Notes: a model not told the origin generated them from the sequence alone. Positions 31,205 through 41,896 are shown, counted from the first letter of the stretch. The stretch is 64,000 bases of DNA from Polaromonas sp. (GCF_012927485.1 NZ_JABBPC010000036.1:47996-111995), one strand, 5' to 3'. Program-made: numbers and translations.

Positions 31205-31606
31205 ATGTTCGGTATAAAAAAGCAGCCCCCGATCAAAAGTTTGATTGCCGAGGGCAGTTGCATTGAAGGCAACCTTAAATTCACCGACGGGTTGCGGGTC
31301 GATGGCAAGGTGATTGGCGACATTCGCTCCAGTGAAGGCGGTGCCAGCATTTTGGTGATCAGTGAGTCCGCCGTTGTGACCGGTCTCATTCATGCCGACC
31401 ATGTGATCATCAATGGTCGTGTAATCGGTCCGATCCATGCCTCTGAATTACTGGAACTTCAGCCGAAAGCTAAAATTGAAGGGGACGTCTCCTACAAGGC
31501 GCTTGAAATGCACCAGGGGGCCGTCATCTCAGGAAAGTTGTGCCCTCTCGCGCACCAGGTACTGGAAGAAAAGCCGACCTTGAAGCTGGCCGCCAACAAT
31601 AACTAG
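31205..31606 (+). CDS. Bactofilin (polymer-forming cytoskeletal protein)
   Basis: SLIAEG..IEGNL.F..GLRVDG.V.GDI beta-helix repeats, VIINGRV.G.I. Confidence 0.88.
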   Translation: MFGIKKQPPIKSLIAEGSCIEGNLKFTDGLRVDGKVIGDIRSSEGGASILVISESAVVTGLIHADHVIINGRVIGPIHASELLELQPKAKIEGDVSYKALEMHQGAVISGKLCPLAHQVLEEKPTLKLAANNN

Positions 31607-31656
31607 CTGGTGATTAGCTATTAATCACGCCAAGGCCAGATATACGCATGCGTGTT

Positions 31657-31681
31657 ATGGTTGATTGATTTACTGTACTAT
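31657..31681. promoter_or_regulatory. Candidate IscR type-1 site upstream of erpA
   Basis: ATGGTTGATTGATTTACTGTACTAT matches 20/25 positions of ATASYYGACTRWWWYAGTCRRSTAT. Confidence 0.6.
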
Positions 31682-31714
31682 TCATTGGGTAAATTCTGAA
31701 TATTGGAGTCTCCT

Positions 31715-32080
31715 ATGAACGCCGTCGCCGAAAATATCCCAACCGAGATGCCTGCCCCTTTCGTCTTTACCGACAGTGCAGCGTCCAAAGTGGCTGAATT
31801 GATTGCTGAAGAAGGCAATCCGGACCTGAAGCTGCGTGTCTTTGTGCAGGGAGGCGGCTGTTCCGGCTTTCAGTATGGATTCACTTTTGATGAGGTCACC
31901 AACGAGGACGACACCACGATGACGAAAAATGGCGTGTCCTTATTGATCGATGCGATGAGCTATCAATATCTGGTCGGTGCCGAGATTGACTACAAAGACG
32001 ATTTAGAAGGTGCCCAGTTCGTCATCAAGAACCCCAACGCCACCAGCAGTTGCGGTTGCGGTTCAAGCTTCTCTGCCTGA
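31715..32080 (+). CDS. erpA: Fe-S cluster insertion protein ErpA
   Basis: [31 protein letters not shown]. Confidence 0.95.
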   Translation: MNAVAENIPTEMPAPFVFTDSAASKVAELIAEEGNPDLKLRVFVQGGGCSGFQYGFTFDEVTNEDDTTMTKNGVSLLIDAMSYQYLVGAEIDYKDDLEGAQFVIKNPNATSSCGCGSSFSA

Positions 32081-32115
32081 GTCTTTTATGGGGTAAAGTC
32101 ACTTTATCCGCAAGT

Positions 32116-32148
32116 AAAAGCCGCCTCTCTGGCGGCTTTTCGCTTTTT
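32116..32148. terminator. Rho-independent terminator after erpA
   Basis: AAAAGCCGCC-TCTCT-GGCGGCTTTT then CGCTTTTT. Confidence 0.85.
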
Positions 32149-32429
32149 GCCCTTTGGGGCAATCGGGTCAACTTGGGCTTACTATCAATCACACCAGCCA
32201 AAAACGGGGCAAGGGTGAGTTAGCGAAAGCAATCTGCAATGCCACCTCCAAAAATTGACGCCAGACCTTCCGCAGGCGACGATTTACCGCTGCAGCATCT
32301 GCCCGCGATTTTTCCACTGGCGATCCCTCAGGAGTTGTGCGGTCATGGTTGAGTCTAAAAGTTTTGCTCGTGAAATCAGGAAGCCGATTTCTAGTAGGCT
32401 CCCGTCGGTTCAACACTAGGGCGTTTTCT

Positions 32430-33854
32430 GTGACTCAAGCCGAAGAAAAATCACTGCGCAAGCTGCTCTGGTTGGTAGCGGTTGGGTTTTTCATGCAAAC
32501 CCTCGACGCTACGATCGTCAATACGGCCTTGCCGGCGATGGCCAGAAGTTTTGGCGAAAGCCCATTGCGCATGCAATCCGTGGTGGTGGCGTATTCGCTG
32601 ACCATGGCCATGGTGATTCCGGCCTCGGGCTGGATTGCTGACCGCTTCGGCACACGACGGATTTACGTGTGGGCGATATCCCTGTTTGTAGCCGGCTCCA
32701 TTGCTTGTGCCCTGTCGCAGAGCCTGACCCAGCTTGTCGCTGCGCGCGTGTTGCAAGGTTTGGGCGGCGCTCTGCTGCTGCCCGTGGGGCGGCTGGCGGT
32801 ATTGCGGGCTTTTCCGCGCGAGCGCTTTCTGCAGGCTATGAGCTTTATCGCCATTCCCGGTCTGGTGGGTCCACTGATTGGCCCCACGCTAGGCGGGTGG
32901 CTGGTGGAAGTGGCCACTTGGCATTGGGTTTTTCTGATCAATATTCCAGTCGGGGTGGTGGGTTGCTTAGCCACGGTGTTCTATATGCAGGACAACCCTC
33001 GGCTCACCACTCCCCGCTTTGATTTACCGGGTTACCTCTACCTCGCTTTTGGCATGGTAGCGGTGTCCCTGGCGGTTGATGGGCTGTCCGGGTTGGGACT
33101 GAAGCAGGCGATCGTGCTGGTGTTGCTGGTGTTTGGCATGGCCAGCCTGACCGCTTATTGGCTCCATGCCGCAACGCGTCCAGATCCACTTTTTTCACCC
33201 CACCTCTTTTCTATTCCCACGCTCAGTATCGGCTTGCTGGGAAATCTTTTTTCGCGCTTGGGTAGTTCGTGTATGCCGTTTCTGGTGCCCTTGCTGTTAC
33301 AGGTCAGTCTTGATTACTCTCCGTTCCGGGCCGGGCTCATGATGGTGCCAGTCGCTTTGGCGAGTATGCTGGTCAAGCGGGTCACGACACCGCTGATAAC
33401 GCGCTATGGCTACCGGAAAGTGCTGGTAGTGAATACTTCGCTGGTGGGACTCACGATGGCGAGCTTTGCGTTCATCGCGCCCGCGCAGCCGGTGTGGCTG
33501 CATATTTTACAGTTGGTAGTGTTTGGTGCGGTCAACTCCATGCAGTTCACCGCCATGAACACGGTGACTCTGCGGGATCTGGACGGCAGCATGGCCAGCA
33601 GCGGCAACAGCCTGCTTTCCATGGTGCAAATGCTCGCCATGAGTATGGGCGTCGCGGCGGCGGGAGCCGTGCTGGCGGCCTTCTCTGGTTTTTTCGGCAG
33701 CGGCGATGCTGCGCAGACACTGCACTCCTTTCAGGCGACCTTTGCCTGCATGGGCCTCATCACGCTCGCCTCGGCAAGCATTTTCTGGCAGCTGTCACCC
33801 GCAGTGCGGGTGGTAAAAAAAGCCGAAGCGTCAGAAGTTTCGGGCCATGGTTAA
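32430..33854 (+). CDS. DHA2-family MFS efflux transporter (MdtD/HsrA-like)
   Basis: FFMQTLDATIVNTALP, GWIADRFGTRR, GPLIGPTLGG, ~14 TM; GTG 32430 start inferred. Confidence 0.85.
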   Translation: MTQAEEKSLRKLLWLVAVGFFMQTLDATIVNTALPAMARSFGESPLRMQSVVVAYSLTMAMVIPASGWIADRFGTRRIYVWAISLFVAGSIACALSQSLTQLVAARVLQGLGGALLLPVGRLAVLRAFPRERFLQAMSFIAIPGLVGPLIGPTLGGWLVEVATWHWVFLINIPVGVVGCLATVFYMQDNPRLTTPRFDLPGYLYLAFGMVAVSLAVDGLSGLGLKQAIVLVLLVFGMASLTAYWLHAATRPDPLFSPHLFSIPTLSIGLLGNLFSRLGSSCMPFLVPLLLQVSLDYSPFRAGLMMVPVALASMLVKRVTTPLITRYGYRKVLVVNTSLVGLTMASFAFIAPAQPVWLHILQLVVFGAVNSMQFTAMNTVTLRDLDGSMASSGNSLLSMVQMLAMSMGVAAAGAVLAAFSGFFGSGDAAQTLHSFQATFACMGLITLASASIFWQLSPAVRVVKKAEASEVSGHG

Positions 33855-33872
33855 CCCGCCATTGCCCGGACG

Positions 33873-35018
33873 TCAGGCCGGGTAAAAGGCCCCCAATATG
33901 CGCGGGTTGGCCGCGCCGGTCACGCTCGGCAGATTACCCGGTTCCCGCCGGACCATTTGGCGCGCCAGCCAGGCAAAAGCGGCTGCCTCGACCTGCAAAG
34001 GAGGCAAACCGTATCGATCTGAGGGGCAGACGCACAGGAACGGCAAGCGGGTCTGGAGGCGCTCCATGAGGTACTGATTAAAAGCACCGCCTCCGCAAAC
34101 GATCAGTTCTTTGCTATTTTTTCCATAGCTTAAAACGTCCGCCGAACAAGCGTAAGCAGTCAATTCCGTCAATGTATTTTGAATGTCTTCGGGGCGTTCT
34201 GTGCCGAAGGATGCCAATTTCTCACGCAGCCAAGCCAAGCTAAAAAGATCCCTGCCCGTGCTTTTGGGAGGTGGCTTGAAAAAATAAGGTTCCTGCAGCA
34301 ATCGGGCCAACAGAACCGGCAACAGTTGCCCAGTGGCCGCCCAAGCCCCTCCCGCATCAAAGGCTTGACCGGTGTTCTGCTGGCACCAGGCGTCAATTAG
34401 CGCATTGCCTGGTCCGCAATCGAAACCCGATATGGGCGATCGGAAGGAGCTTGGTTCGTGGGACAGCACGCTGAGGTTGGAAATGCCACCTAAATTCAGC
34501 ACCGCCACGATGGCATCCGGCCGACCAAACACACTTTGATGGAACGCAGGAACCAGTGGGGCGCCCTGGCCGCCAGCCGCCACATCCCGGCTACGGAAAT
34601 CTGCGACCACGTTCAGCCCGGTGAGCTCGGCCAGCAAAGCGGGATTGTTAAGCTGAAGGGTGTAGCCAACGCCTGCGGCTTCGCTGGACGTTCGCTGAGG
34701 CTGGTGCCGTACCGTCTGCCCATGAGCGCCAATAGCCTGAATTTGCGTTGCGGAAATGCCTTGCGCAGCGGCGCGGGCCAAGAGGGCGGCGACCACCTTG
34801 GCATAGACCGCAGCCAGCTGGTTCCCCGCCAGTGCCGCTCGGTGCAGTTCGTTGTCCGTGGGCGAATTCAGCGCCAGCAGTTCTGCCCGGAAACTGTCAG
34901 AAAACGGCTCCGTGGCACTGGCTAATACCTGCGGCTTTTTACTGGAAAAATCTACCAGAACGCCATCCGCACCGTCGAGAGAGGTGCCTGACATCAGGCC
35001 AATGTAGTAGTCGGACAT
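33873..35018 (-). CDS. anmK: Anhydro-N-acetylmuramic acid kinase
   Basis: IGLMSGTSLDG, HGQTVRH, DFRSRDVAAGGQGAPL, NLGGISN, FDCGPGN. Confidence 0.95.
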   Translation of the reverse strand: MSDYYIGLMSGTSLDGADGVLVDFSSKKPQVLASATEPFSDSFRAELLALNSPTDNELHRAALAGNQLAAVYAKVVAALLARAAAQGISATQIQAIGAHGQTVRHQPQRTSSEAAGVGYTLQLNNPALLAELTGLNVVADFRSRDVAAGGQGAPLVPAFHQSVFGRPDAIVAVLNLGGISNLSVLSHEPSSFRSPISGFDCGPGNALIDAWCQQNTGQAFDAGGAWAATGQLLPVLLARLLQEPYFFKPPPKSTGRDLFSLAWLREKLASFGTERPEDIQNTLTELTAYACSADVLSYGKNSKELIVCGGGAFNQYLMERLQTRLPFLCVCPSDRYGLPPLQVEAAAFAWLARQMVRREPGNLPSVTGAANPRILGAFYPA

Positions 35019-35057
35019 GCAACTATTTTGCCGCATGCGCCGTTGTAGACGGCGGAC

Positions 35058-36422
35058 CTACTCTGTGCGGGTCTGGTTGATGGTGGCAGCCGCTTGAAGC
35101 TGATTCTTGACGCCAGAGGCCAGTTGCCGGAACAAAGGCAGCGCCGCGGTTGGAACCGGAATGGTTTCGCTCTGCTGGGCCGCTGCCATCGGGTCCTGCT
35201 GCACACCGTTGACGCGGACCTCGAAATGCAGGTGTGGACCAGTGGCCCATCCGGTGGAGCCAACCAAGCCAACGGTCTGGCCTTGAGTCACACTTTGGCC
35301 GCGCTGCACCAGGATTTTGCTCAGGTGCGCATACACCGTTTCGTGGTTGTTGCGGTGCTTGATAAAGATGACATTGCCATAGCCGGTCTGCACACCGGCA
35401 AACTCCACCACGCCGTCGCCCACGGTTCGAGCGGGCGTGCCGGTGGTAGCCGCAAAGTCCGTCCCCATGTGCATACGCCATTTTTGCAAAATAGGGTGAA
35501 AGCGCATCGCGAAGCCACTGCTCACGCGCGAGAACTCGACCGGCGAGCTCAGGAAAGCGCGACTCATGCTCTGGCCGTCCAGCGTGTAATAGCCCCCTTT
35601 ATTGGGAGCGCCTGCAGTGTCCCGGCCCGGTGGCTGGAACCACATGGCCTGGAACGCCTTGCCCGCATTGACGAACTCGGCTGACAGTACGCGGCCGGTG
35701 CGCATCGCCTCTCCGTCTGCTTCGAGGGTTTCATACACCACGTTGAAACGGTCACCCTTGCGCAGGGATCGGCGAAAATCGATATCGCCTGAAAAAATTT
35801 CCGCGATCTGCACACCCACGCCATCGGGAATATGGGCTTCGTCAGTCGCGGCAAATAGCGACGTCTGGATGCTGCCGCTGGCCAGTCGGGCGGAGCTGGT
35901 ATAGGGCGCCGTTTCGACGCGTGAACTGAAACCGGTGCTGGTGCGCTCGATCAGGAGACGGTTGAACAGCGCTTTATCTTCGCTCGGCCAGCGCATGCTG
36001 AGCTTGAGAAGTCGCTGGCTGTCGCTGGTTTCCGCTGTGACGGTTTTCCCTGGGCGGCCCGCCAATATCGCCCGGGCGTTGGGGTCGATACGTAAAAAGG
36101 CCGCTGCCGCTGGGTCGTCAATGTTCAGTCGCTTAAGCAAGGCATCGGCGGTGTCGGTGCTGCGCGTGTTTTCGGTCCGAAATAGCTTGAAGCGAAAATC
36201 CGTCAGCGCGTCGGTCTGCGCCTGCGTGGGCAAAGGAAGCACCGCCTCCAATACTTGGTGAACCGGCAAATCGGCCGCATCGGGCGCTAGGGGCGCTACG
36301 CCGAAGGCCGTGACCCCGGTCCCCAGCAGCAGCGCTGCGAGGCTGGCGGTAATTCGTTTGGGGTGGCGTCGGAGGGTGTCTGTGAGGGAAAGAAGGATAC
36401 GGGAGGGGACGGGCAGGCGCAA
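35058..36422 (-). CDS. M23-family peptidoglycan endopeptidase (OapA-like + M23)
   Basis: N-terminal TM, SSGFAMRFHPI, HMGTDFA (HxxxD), GPHLHFEVR; exact start uncertain. Confidence 0.88.
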   Translation of the reverse strand: MRLPVPSRILLSLTDTLRRHPKRITASLAALLLGTGVTAFGVAPLAPDAADLPVHQVLEAVLPLPTQAQTDALTDFRFKLFRTENTRSTDTADALLKRLNIDDPAAAAFLRIDPNARAILAGRPGKTVTAETSDSQRLLKLSMRWPSEDKALFNRLLIERTSTGFSSRVETAPYTSSARLASGSIQTSLFAATDEAHIPDGVGVQIAEIFSGDIDFRRSLRKGDRFNVVYETLEADGEAMRTGRVLSAEFVNAGKAFQAMWFQPPGRDTAGAPNKGGYYTLDGQSMSRAFLSSPVEFSRVSSGFAMRFHPILQKWRMHMGTDFAATTGTPARTVGDGVVEFAGVQTGYGNVIFIKHRNNHETVYAHLSKILVQRGQSVTQGQTVGLVGSTGWATGPHLHFEVRVNGVQQDPMAAAQQSETIPVPTAALPLFRQLASGVKNQLQAAATINQTRTE

Positions 36423-36641
36423 AGCGGAATTCCCAACTAGTGTGCATCAGGCCACGTTCGTCGGCCAGACTGCGATATAAGGACATCGGTGACCAGCACG
36501 TACGATAGGGTAGGGCCTGCGGTCATCGGACTAAAAAAGTTCAAAGACGGATCAGCTACTAAGCCAACTAAAATAACGAGCTGATGTAGGAAAGCGCCAA
36601 TTATATCTGTCAGACACTTCCCCAGCACTCAAAAAATCCTT

Positions 36642-37874
36642 ATGAATCAAGAGCTTGTTACAAATTTTCCGATAAGTGATCGTGTAAAGACGGCTTTGGC
36701 CGTTTCGCTGCGCGGCTGCGAAGAGTTGATTCCACAGGATGAATGGGTCAAGAAACTGGCCCGCAGCGAAGCCACTGGGGTCCCGCTGCGCATCAAGCTG
36801 GGACTGGATCCCACGGCGCCTGACATTCATATTGGGCATACGGTTGTTTTGAATAAGATGAGACAGCTTCAGGATTTGGGCCATACGGTAATTTTCCTGA
36901 TTGGCGACTTCACCACCATGATTGGGGACCCCTCAGGGCGTAACAGCATCCGGCCAACGCTGTCCCGCGAACAGATTGAGGCCAACGCCAAAACCTATTA
37001 CAAACAGGCCAGCCTGGTACTCGACCCCGCCCGGACGGAGGTTCGGTACAACAGCGAATGGAGCGACCCGCTAGGCGCGCGCGGCATGATCCAGCTGGCC
37101 GCCAAATACAACGTGGCCCGCATGATGGAGCGCAACGATTTTCATGACCGTTTCAAGGCCGGCACACCGATCAGCGTGCATGAGTTTTTATACCCGCTGC
37201 TGCAAGGCTACGATTCGGTCGCCCTGAGAAGCGATCTGGAACTCGGCGGCACCGATCAGAAATTCAACCTGCTGATGGGCCGTCACCTGCAGGTTGAATA
37301 CGGTCAGGAGCCGCAATGCATTCTGACCATGCCCCTCCTGGAAGGTCTGGATGGGGTCGAGAAGATGTCCAAGAGCAAGAACAACTACATCGGTATTTCC
37401 GAATCGGCCAACAGCATGTTTGCCAAGGTCCTTTCGATCTCGGATGTGTTGATGTGGCGCTGGTATACCTTGTTGTCCTTCAAGAGCGAAGCCGAAATTA
37501 CCGCGTTGAAAGTCGAGGTTGGCGCCGGGCGCAATCCTAAAGACGCCAAGGTAGCGCTTGCCAAAGAGATCACAGCGCGTTTTCACGCCAGCGCTGCCGC
37601 CGATGCGGCCGAGCAGGATTTCATCAATCGCAGCAAAGGCGGCGTGCCGGACGAGATTCCCGAGGTGTTGTTGTCAGGCGCACCGCTGGGTATTGGCGCC
37701 GTGCTGAAGTCCGCGGGCCTGGCGCCTTCGGGTAGCGAAGCCACCCGCCTCATCGAAGGCGGTGGCGTGCGCGTGAATTCCAGTGTGGTCAGCGACAAAG
37801 CGCTGAAGCTGGCCGCCGGAAGCTATGTCGTGCAGGTAGGCAAGCGCAAGTTCGTGCGGGTCACCTTGACGTAA
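36642..37874 (+). CDS. tyrS: Tyrosine--tRNA ligase
   Basis: GLDPTAPDIHIGH, KMSKS, C-terminal S4 ending QVGKRKF. Confidence 0.97.
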   Translation: MNQELVTNFPISDRVKTALAVSLRGCEELIPQDEWVKKLARSEATGVPLRIKLGLDPTAPDIHIGHTVVLNKMRQLQDLGHTVIFLIGDFTTMIGDPSGRNSIRPTLSREQIEANAKTYYKQASLVLDPARTEVRYNSEWSDPLGARGMIQLAAKYNVARMMERNDFHDRFKAGTPISVHEFLYPLLQGYDSVALRSDLELGGTDQKFNLLMGRHLQVEYGQEPQCILTMPLLEGLDGVEKMSKSKNNYIGISESANSMFAKVLSISDVLMWRWYTLLSFKSEAEITALKVEVGAGRNPKDAKVALAKEITARFHASAAADAAEQDFINRSKGGVPDEIPEVLLSGAPLGIGAVLKSAGLAPSGSEATRLIEGGGVRVNSSVVSDKALKLAAGSYVVQVGKRKFVRVTLT

Positions 37875-37985
37875 GCGTCTGATGACTTGCGTGAGAAAGC
37901 CATTTTTAAGCGGGTCGCCGGGGGCAGCGGGTTGATCGCTTCCAAACGGTAGCTCGGTTCGGCTTGAATCGTCAGGGTTCCCGGG

Positions 37986-39671
37986 CTAAGGTCGGGTTGG
38001 TGACGATTCCGTTGTCGGTGCTTCGGCAGCAGCTTTGGCTGCGTCGTCCACGCTCCAGAACAACGCGACGCCGCCACTAGCGGCATCCGTCAAGCCGACG
38101 CGCACCAGTGCCGCGCGCGGCCGGTCTTTGACGCGGGCCAGCAGCAGCGCGGTGCCCTGTTGCCGCAAGCTGGCGGCGAATTCTGCCAAGGCTTCTACGG
38201 CAGTGCTGTCCAGGTCGTCGCAGACCTCCAGACTCAGCACCACGACCTGCGCGTGCGTTGCGTCAGCGCGCCGGTGTACGCGCTGGAACACCTGCTCGGC
38301 ATTGGCGAAAAATAGCGGCTCCTCGGGCCGCATGATGAGCGTGCCTTCTACGGCGGATGCCTCTGGATGGCGTGCGCGGTCGAGGTAGTCGCGTGTGCCG
38401 GGCAGCAGGCCCAGCTCGGTGACCAGCGGTTGCGCGAAGCGCCGGATCGCTCCGAGTAGCGACAGCGTCACTGCCAGCAACATGCCGAACAGCACGCCAA
38501 ACAGTAAAACGCCGGCGGCGGCCACCAGCGCCAGCCAGGCGTCGCCCCCCAGACGCAGCGTGTACAGCACCGCGCGCGGCCATAAATTATGCGAGAGAAT
38601 TCCTATCACCACGGCGGCCAGAACCGGCACCGGTAGCAGCGCCAGCCAAGGGCGCGCCTGCCACAGCAGGAGGGCCAGCGCGAGTGCGGCAACCACACCG
38701 GACCATTTACTACGCCCGCCGGCCGCTTGGCTGGCCGAAGCGGCCGAAAAGCCAGCGCCCACTGGCAGACCCTGCACCAGACCGCTCGCGAGGTTGGCAG
38801 CGCCGAGGGCCAGCAATTCGTGGTTGGCGTCGACCCGGTCTCCGCTTTGCAGTGCCAGTGAGCGCACCGAGCCCCAGGATTCGGCAAACAGGATCAGTAA
38901 CAGCGCTGGTGCAATTTCCATGGCGCGCAGCCAATGCTCAGTGCTTAAGGCCGGCAGGCTCCAGGCCAGCGGTTGCCAAGCGATGTCGCCCACCAGAACC
39001 ACGCCTTGCGCTCCCAAGCCGAGCGTTGCGGATAGCACCACGCCCAGTCCAAGGACCAACAGCGAGGTCGGTAAGAACAGCCAGCGCTTTAAGCCGTGAA
39101 AAAGCGACAGCCAAAGCACCAGGGCCGCCGAACCCAGCGCGACACTGGGCCGGTGCCAGTGCGCCGCGTCGGCCATCAAAGCCCATAAGAGAGGGCCGGT
39201 CTGAGATGCCTGAACCGGCACGCCTGCAATCTGCGGCAATTGCTTGATCATGATAGTCAGTGCCAGCGCCCAGGCGAAGCCGCGCAGCACCGGGCGCGAG
39301 ATGAAGGCGCCGAGGAAGCCCGCGCGCAGCGCGGAAGCGACCAGGAACAGCGTACCGGTCAGGCCCACCAGCGCGTAACCCATGGCGGGCCCACCAATCA
39401 CTGCCGCCGAGGCGAACACCGCCGCCGCAGACGAGGTGGGAGCCACCATCGCGAAGCGACTGGTGCCGAACAAGGGGTAGAGACAAAGGCCGACCAAGGT
39501 AGCCAGCAGCGCGTGCATGGGCTGAACGCCTGCAATGGCCGCATAGGCCACGGCTTCTGGCAGCAGCACGCCGGCCACCGAGATACCGGCCAGGAGGTCG
39601 GGCCACCAGAGCGCCCAGGCAACGTCGTTGCTGGCGGGAGAGGTCAGTGGCTGGATCTCGCTCATCTTCAT
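37986..39671 (-). CDS. SulP (SLC26) anion transporter with STAS domain
   Basis: DLLAGISVAGVLLPEAVAYA, ELLALGAANL, C-terminal EPLFFANAE...LDST. Confidence 0.88.
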   Translation of the reverse strand: MKMSEIQPLTSPASNDVAWALWWPDLLAGISVAGVLLPEAVAYAAIAGVQPMHALLATLVGLCLYPLFGTSRFAMVAPTSSAAAVFASAAVIGGPAMGYALVGLTGTLFLVASALRAGFLGAFISRPVLRGFAWALALTIMIKQLPQIAGVPVQASQTGPLLWALMADAAHWHRPSVALGSAALVLWLSLFHGLKRWLFLPTSLLVLGLGVVLSATLGLGAQGVVLVGDIAWQPLAWSLPALSTEHWLRAMEIAPALLLILFAESWGSVRSLALQSGDRVDANHELLALGAANLASGLVQGLPVGAGFSAASASQAAGGRSKWSGVVAALALALLLWQARPWLALLPVPVLAAVVIGILSHNLWPRAVLYTLRLGGDAWLALVAAAGVLLFGVLFGMLLAVTLSLLGAIRRFAQPLVTELGLLPGTRDYLDRARHPEASAVEGTLIMRPEEPLFFANAEQVFQRVHRRADATHAQVVVLSLEVCDDLDSTAVEALAEFAASLRQQGTALLLARVKDRPRAALVRVGLTDAASGGVALFWSVDDAAKAAAEAPTTESSPTRP

Positions 39672-39677
39672 TGCAAC

Positions 39678-40322
39678 TCAAGAGGCCCGAGGGGGCACCG
39701 GGCCCGACCAGCCCGGGAGGTGGGAGGCTTGCGGGCTATGGCACAGGGTCAAGGCCAGCTGAAGGGTGGCGTCTGGATCTTTCTGAAATTGCGCGAGTGT
39801 GATGCGGCGGCGAAAGAAATCAGCCCATAGGAATTCCGCGAATGGGGTGGCGTCTTTCGGAAAACCACCCGTGTGGCGGACTTCGCCAGCCAGGCTGCGA
39901 TAGGGATCGTCGGCCAACTCCCCGAGCGCCTTGGGCAAGGCGGCGGCCGAGAGGCGACGGCCACGCGAATCGTAGGGATGCACCCACTGGTGGTGGTCCA
40001 TCACGATCCAGAACTCGTCCTTGTCGAGTTGCCCTAAGTCCTTGAGAAGCACCACATAGCACTCATTGACGCCTTCGTCGAGCAGTGCGCGGCCTAAATG
40101 GTGATGATCGACGATGTAAAAGTTGTCCTTGGGGCCGCGTACTGCGGGAAACCAATGGTTGTCAAGGAACTTTTGGCGATCGCTTTTGCCCATGCCGCTC
40201 CACAGGCCGCGTTTTTGCTCTACTTCGGCATAACCTACGGTGAGCTGGGTCGGACGCAGCCGGCGCAGGTCGGTCTTGAAAAGGTGCTGGTGATGGGTTT
40301 GAATGGCAGGACTCCTCGGCAA
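39678..40322 (-). CDS. ParB/Srx-fold protein (ParBc_2-like)
   Basis: LRPTQLTVG, FYIVDHHHLGRAL, DDPYRSLAG, PFAEFLWADF. Confidence 0.8.
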   Translation of the reverse strand: MPRSPAIQTHHQHLFKTDLRRLRPTQLTVGYAEVEQKRGLWSGMGKSDRQKFLDNHWFPAVRGPKDNFYIVDHHHLGRALLDEGVNECYVVLLKDLGQLDKDEFWIVMDHHQWVHPYDSRGRRLSAAALPKALGELADDPYRSLAGEVRHTGGFPKDATPFAEFLWADFFRRRITLAQFQKDPDATLQLALTLCHSPQASHLPGWSGPVPPRAS

Positions 40323-40350
40323 GTAGCGATGAACTGCCCGCCAGTATCTC

Positions 40351-40803
40351 TCAGTACGGATTGTCGAAGCCGAGTTCGCTCAGTAGAAGAATTTCCAGCG
40401 CTTCCATCTCCAGCGCCTCTCGCTCGTTCGTTTCGTGGTCGTAACCCTGCGCGTGCAGCGTACCGTGCACCAGCAGGTGGGCATAGTGCGCCCGCAATGT
40501 CTTGCCCTGCTCGGTCGCTTCGCGTTGCACCACTGGCGCGCAAAAGACCAGGTCGGCCGTCACCACGGGCTGTTGCGAGTAGTCGAAGGTGAGTACGTTG
40601 GTCGCGTAGTCGCGCTGCCGGTAGTCGCGATTTAAGGTCTGACCTTCTTCGGCATCGACGATGCGGACGGTGATCTCGGCATCGCGCAACAGCGCATGAC
40701 GAATCCAGCGCGCCACGCTGTGACGAGGTAAGGCCGCACGGTGCTGTGCTCGCTCTTCGATGTCACCGAATTGCAGCGATAAATTCAGATGGTTAAGAGC
40801 CAT
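40351..40803 (-). CDS. ybeY: rRNA maturation endoribonuclease YbeY
   Basis: [30 protein letters not shown]. Confidence 0.93.
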   Translation of the reverse strand: MALNHLNLSLQFGDIEERAQHRAALPRHSVARWIRHALLRDAEITVRIVDAEEGQTLNRDYRQRDYATNVLTFDYSQQPVVTADLVFCAPVVQREATEQGKTLRAHYAHLLVHGTLHAQGYDHETNEREALEMEALEILLLSELGFDNPY

Positions 40804-41815
40804 TTCGGCTCCGCGCCTTTGAGAGTCGAACAGCCGGCACTATTGATTCAAGTGCGTTTAAATTAATCTTGGCGTTGGCAGCGGGGCTCTGGGGTTTGTC
40901 ATAGGCGTCCACAATGCGTGCTACCAGCGGGTGGCGCACCACATCGGCACTGGTCAGATGCGTAATGGCAATGCCTTGGACGCGCTTGAGCACCCGCTCT
41001 GCATCGACCAGCCCGCTGAGCTGAGTGCGCGGCAAATCGACTTGACTCACGTCACCCGTCACCACGGCCTTGCTGCCGAAACCGATACGCGTTAGAAACA
41101 TTTTCATCTGCTCAGGCGTGGTGTTTTGCGCCTCGTCGAGAATCACAAAGGCGTGGTTCAAGGTGCGGCCACGCATGAAGGCCAGCGGCGCAATCTCAAT
41201 CTGCTGGCGTTCAAATGCTTTTTGCACGCGTTCAAAGCCCATCAACTCATGCAGCGCGTCATACAGGGGACGCAGATAAGGGTCCACTTTCTGGTTCAGG
41301 TCGCCCGGCAGAAAACCCAGCCGCTCGCCCGCTTCGACAGCCGGACGCGTCAGCACGATGCGTTGCACGGTGCTGCGCTCCAAGGCATCGACCGCGCAGG
41401 CTACCGCGAGGTAGGTTTTGCCAGTACCTGCCGGACCAATGCCAAAAGTGATGTCGTGCGTGGCAATATTTTCAAGGTAGGTTCCCTGGTTGCTGGTGCG
41501 GGCGCGCAGGTCGGCGCGTCGGGTCGATAGTGCCACGCTGCCGTCGGGCGCCACGCTAAGCGCTGTGTCACCGGCCAGCATGAGCTGCACGGTTTCCGGT
41601 TCGATCGGTCGCTGGGCAATTTCGTACAGGGCTTGCAACAACTCCAGCGCCTGCTGGGCCCTGACCTTGGTGCCATCGATCTTGAACTGCTCGAAGCGGT
41701 GTGCAATCGTGACCTGAAGGGCCGCCTCAATGGTGCGGATGTGGGCGTCCATCGGTCCGCACAAATGTGTCATGCGGGTGTTATTGGGCGGTATGAAGGT
41801 GTGGCGAAGAATCAA
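40793..41815 (-). CDS. PhoH-family ATPase (YbeZ-like)
   Basis: [44 protein letters not shown]; TTG 41815 (LILRHTF) inferred as start. Confidence 0.9.
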   Translation of the reverse strand: MILRHTFIPPNNTRMTHLCGPMDAHIRTIEAALQVTIAHRFEQFKIDGTKVRAQQALELLQALYEIAQRPIEPETVQLMLAGDTALSVAPDGSVALSTRRADLRARTSNQGTYLENIATHDITFGIGPAGTGKTYLAVACAVDALERSTVQRIVLTRPAVEAGERLGFLPGDLNQKVDPYLRPLYDALHELMGFERVQKAFERQQIEIAPLAFMRGRTLNHAFVILDEAQNTTPEQMKMFLTRIGFGSKAVVTGDVSQVDLPRTQLSGLVDAERVLKRVQGIAITHLTSADVVRHPLVARIVDAYDKPQSPAANAKINLNALESIVPAVRLSKARSRNGS

Positions 41816-41896
41816 GGCGCAGGTTTTCCTGAAGGACTGGCAAAATTCAATTGTCCGCCCAAATGGGAACGCCCGCCCGACTGCTAAGATTTGGTC

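Noticed and set aside
39678-40322. Chromosome-partition ParB or plasmid origin
   Set aside because: No parA, no parS-like palindrome, no HTH; paired with a transporter
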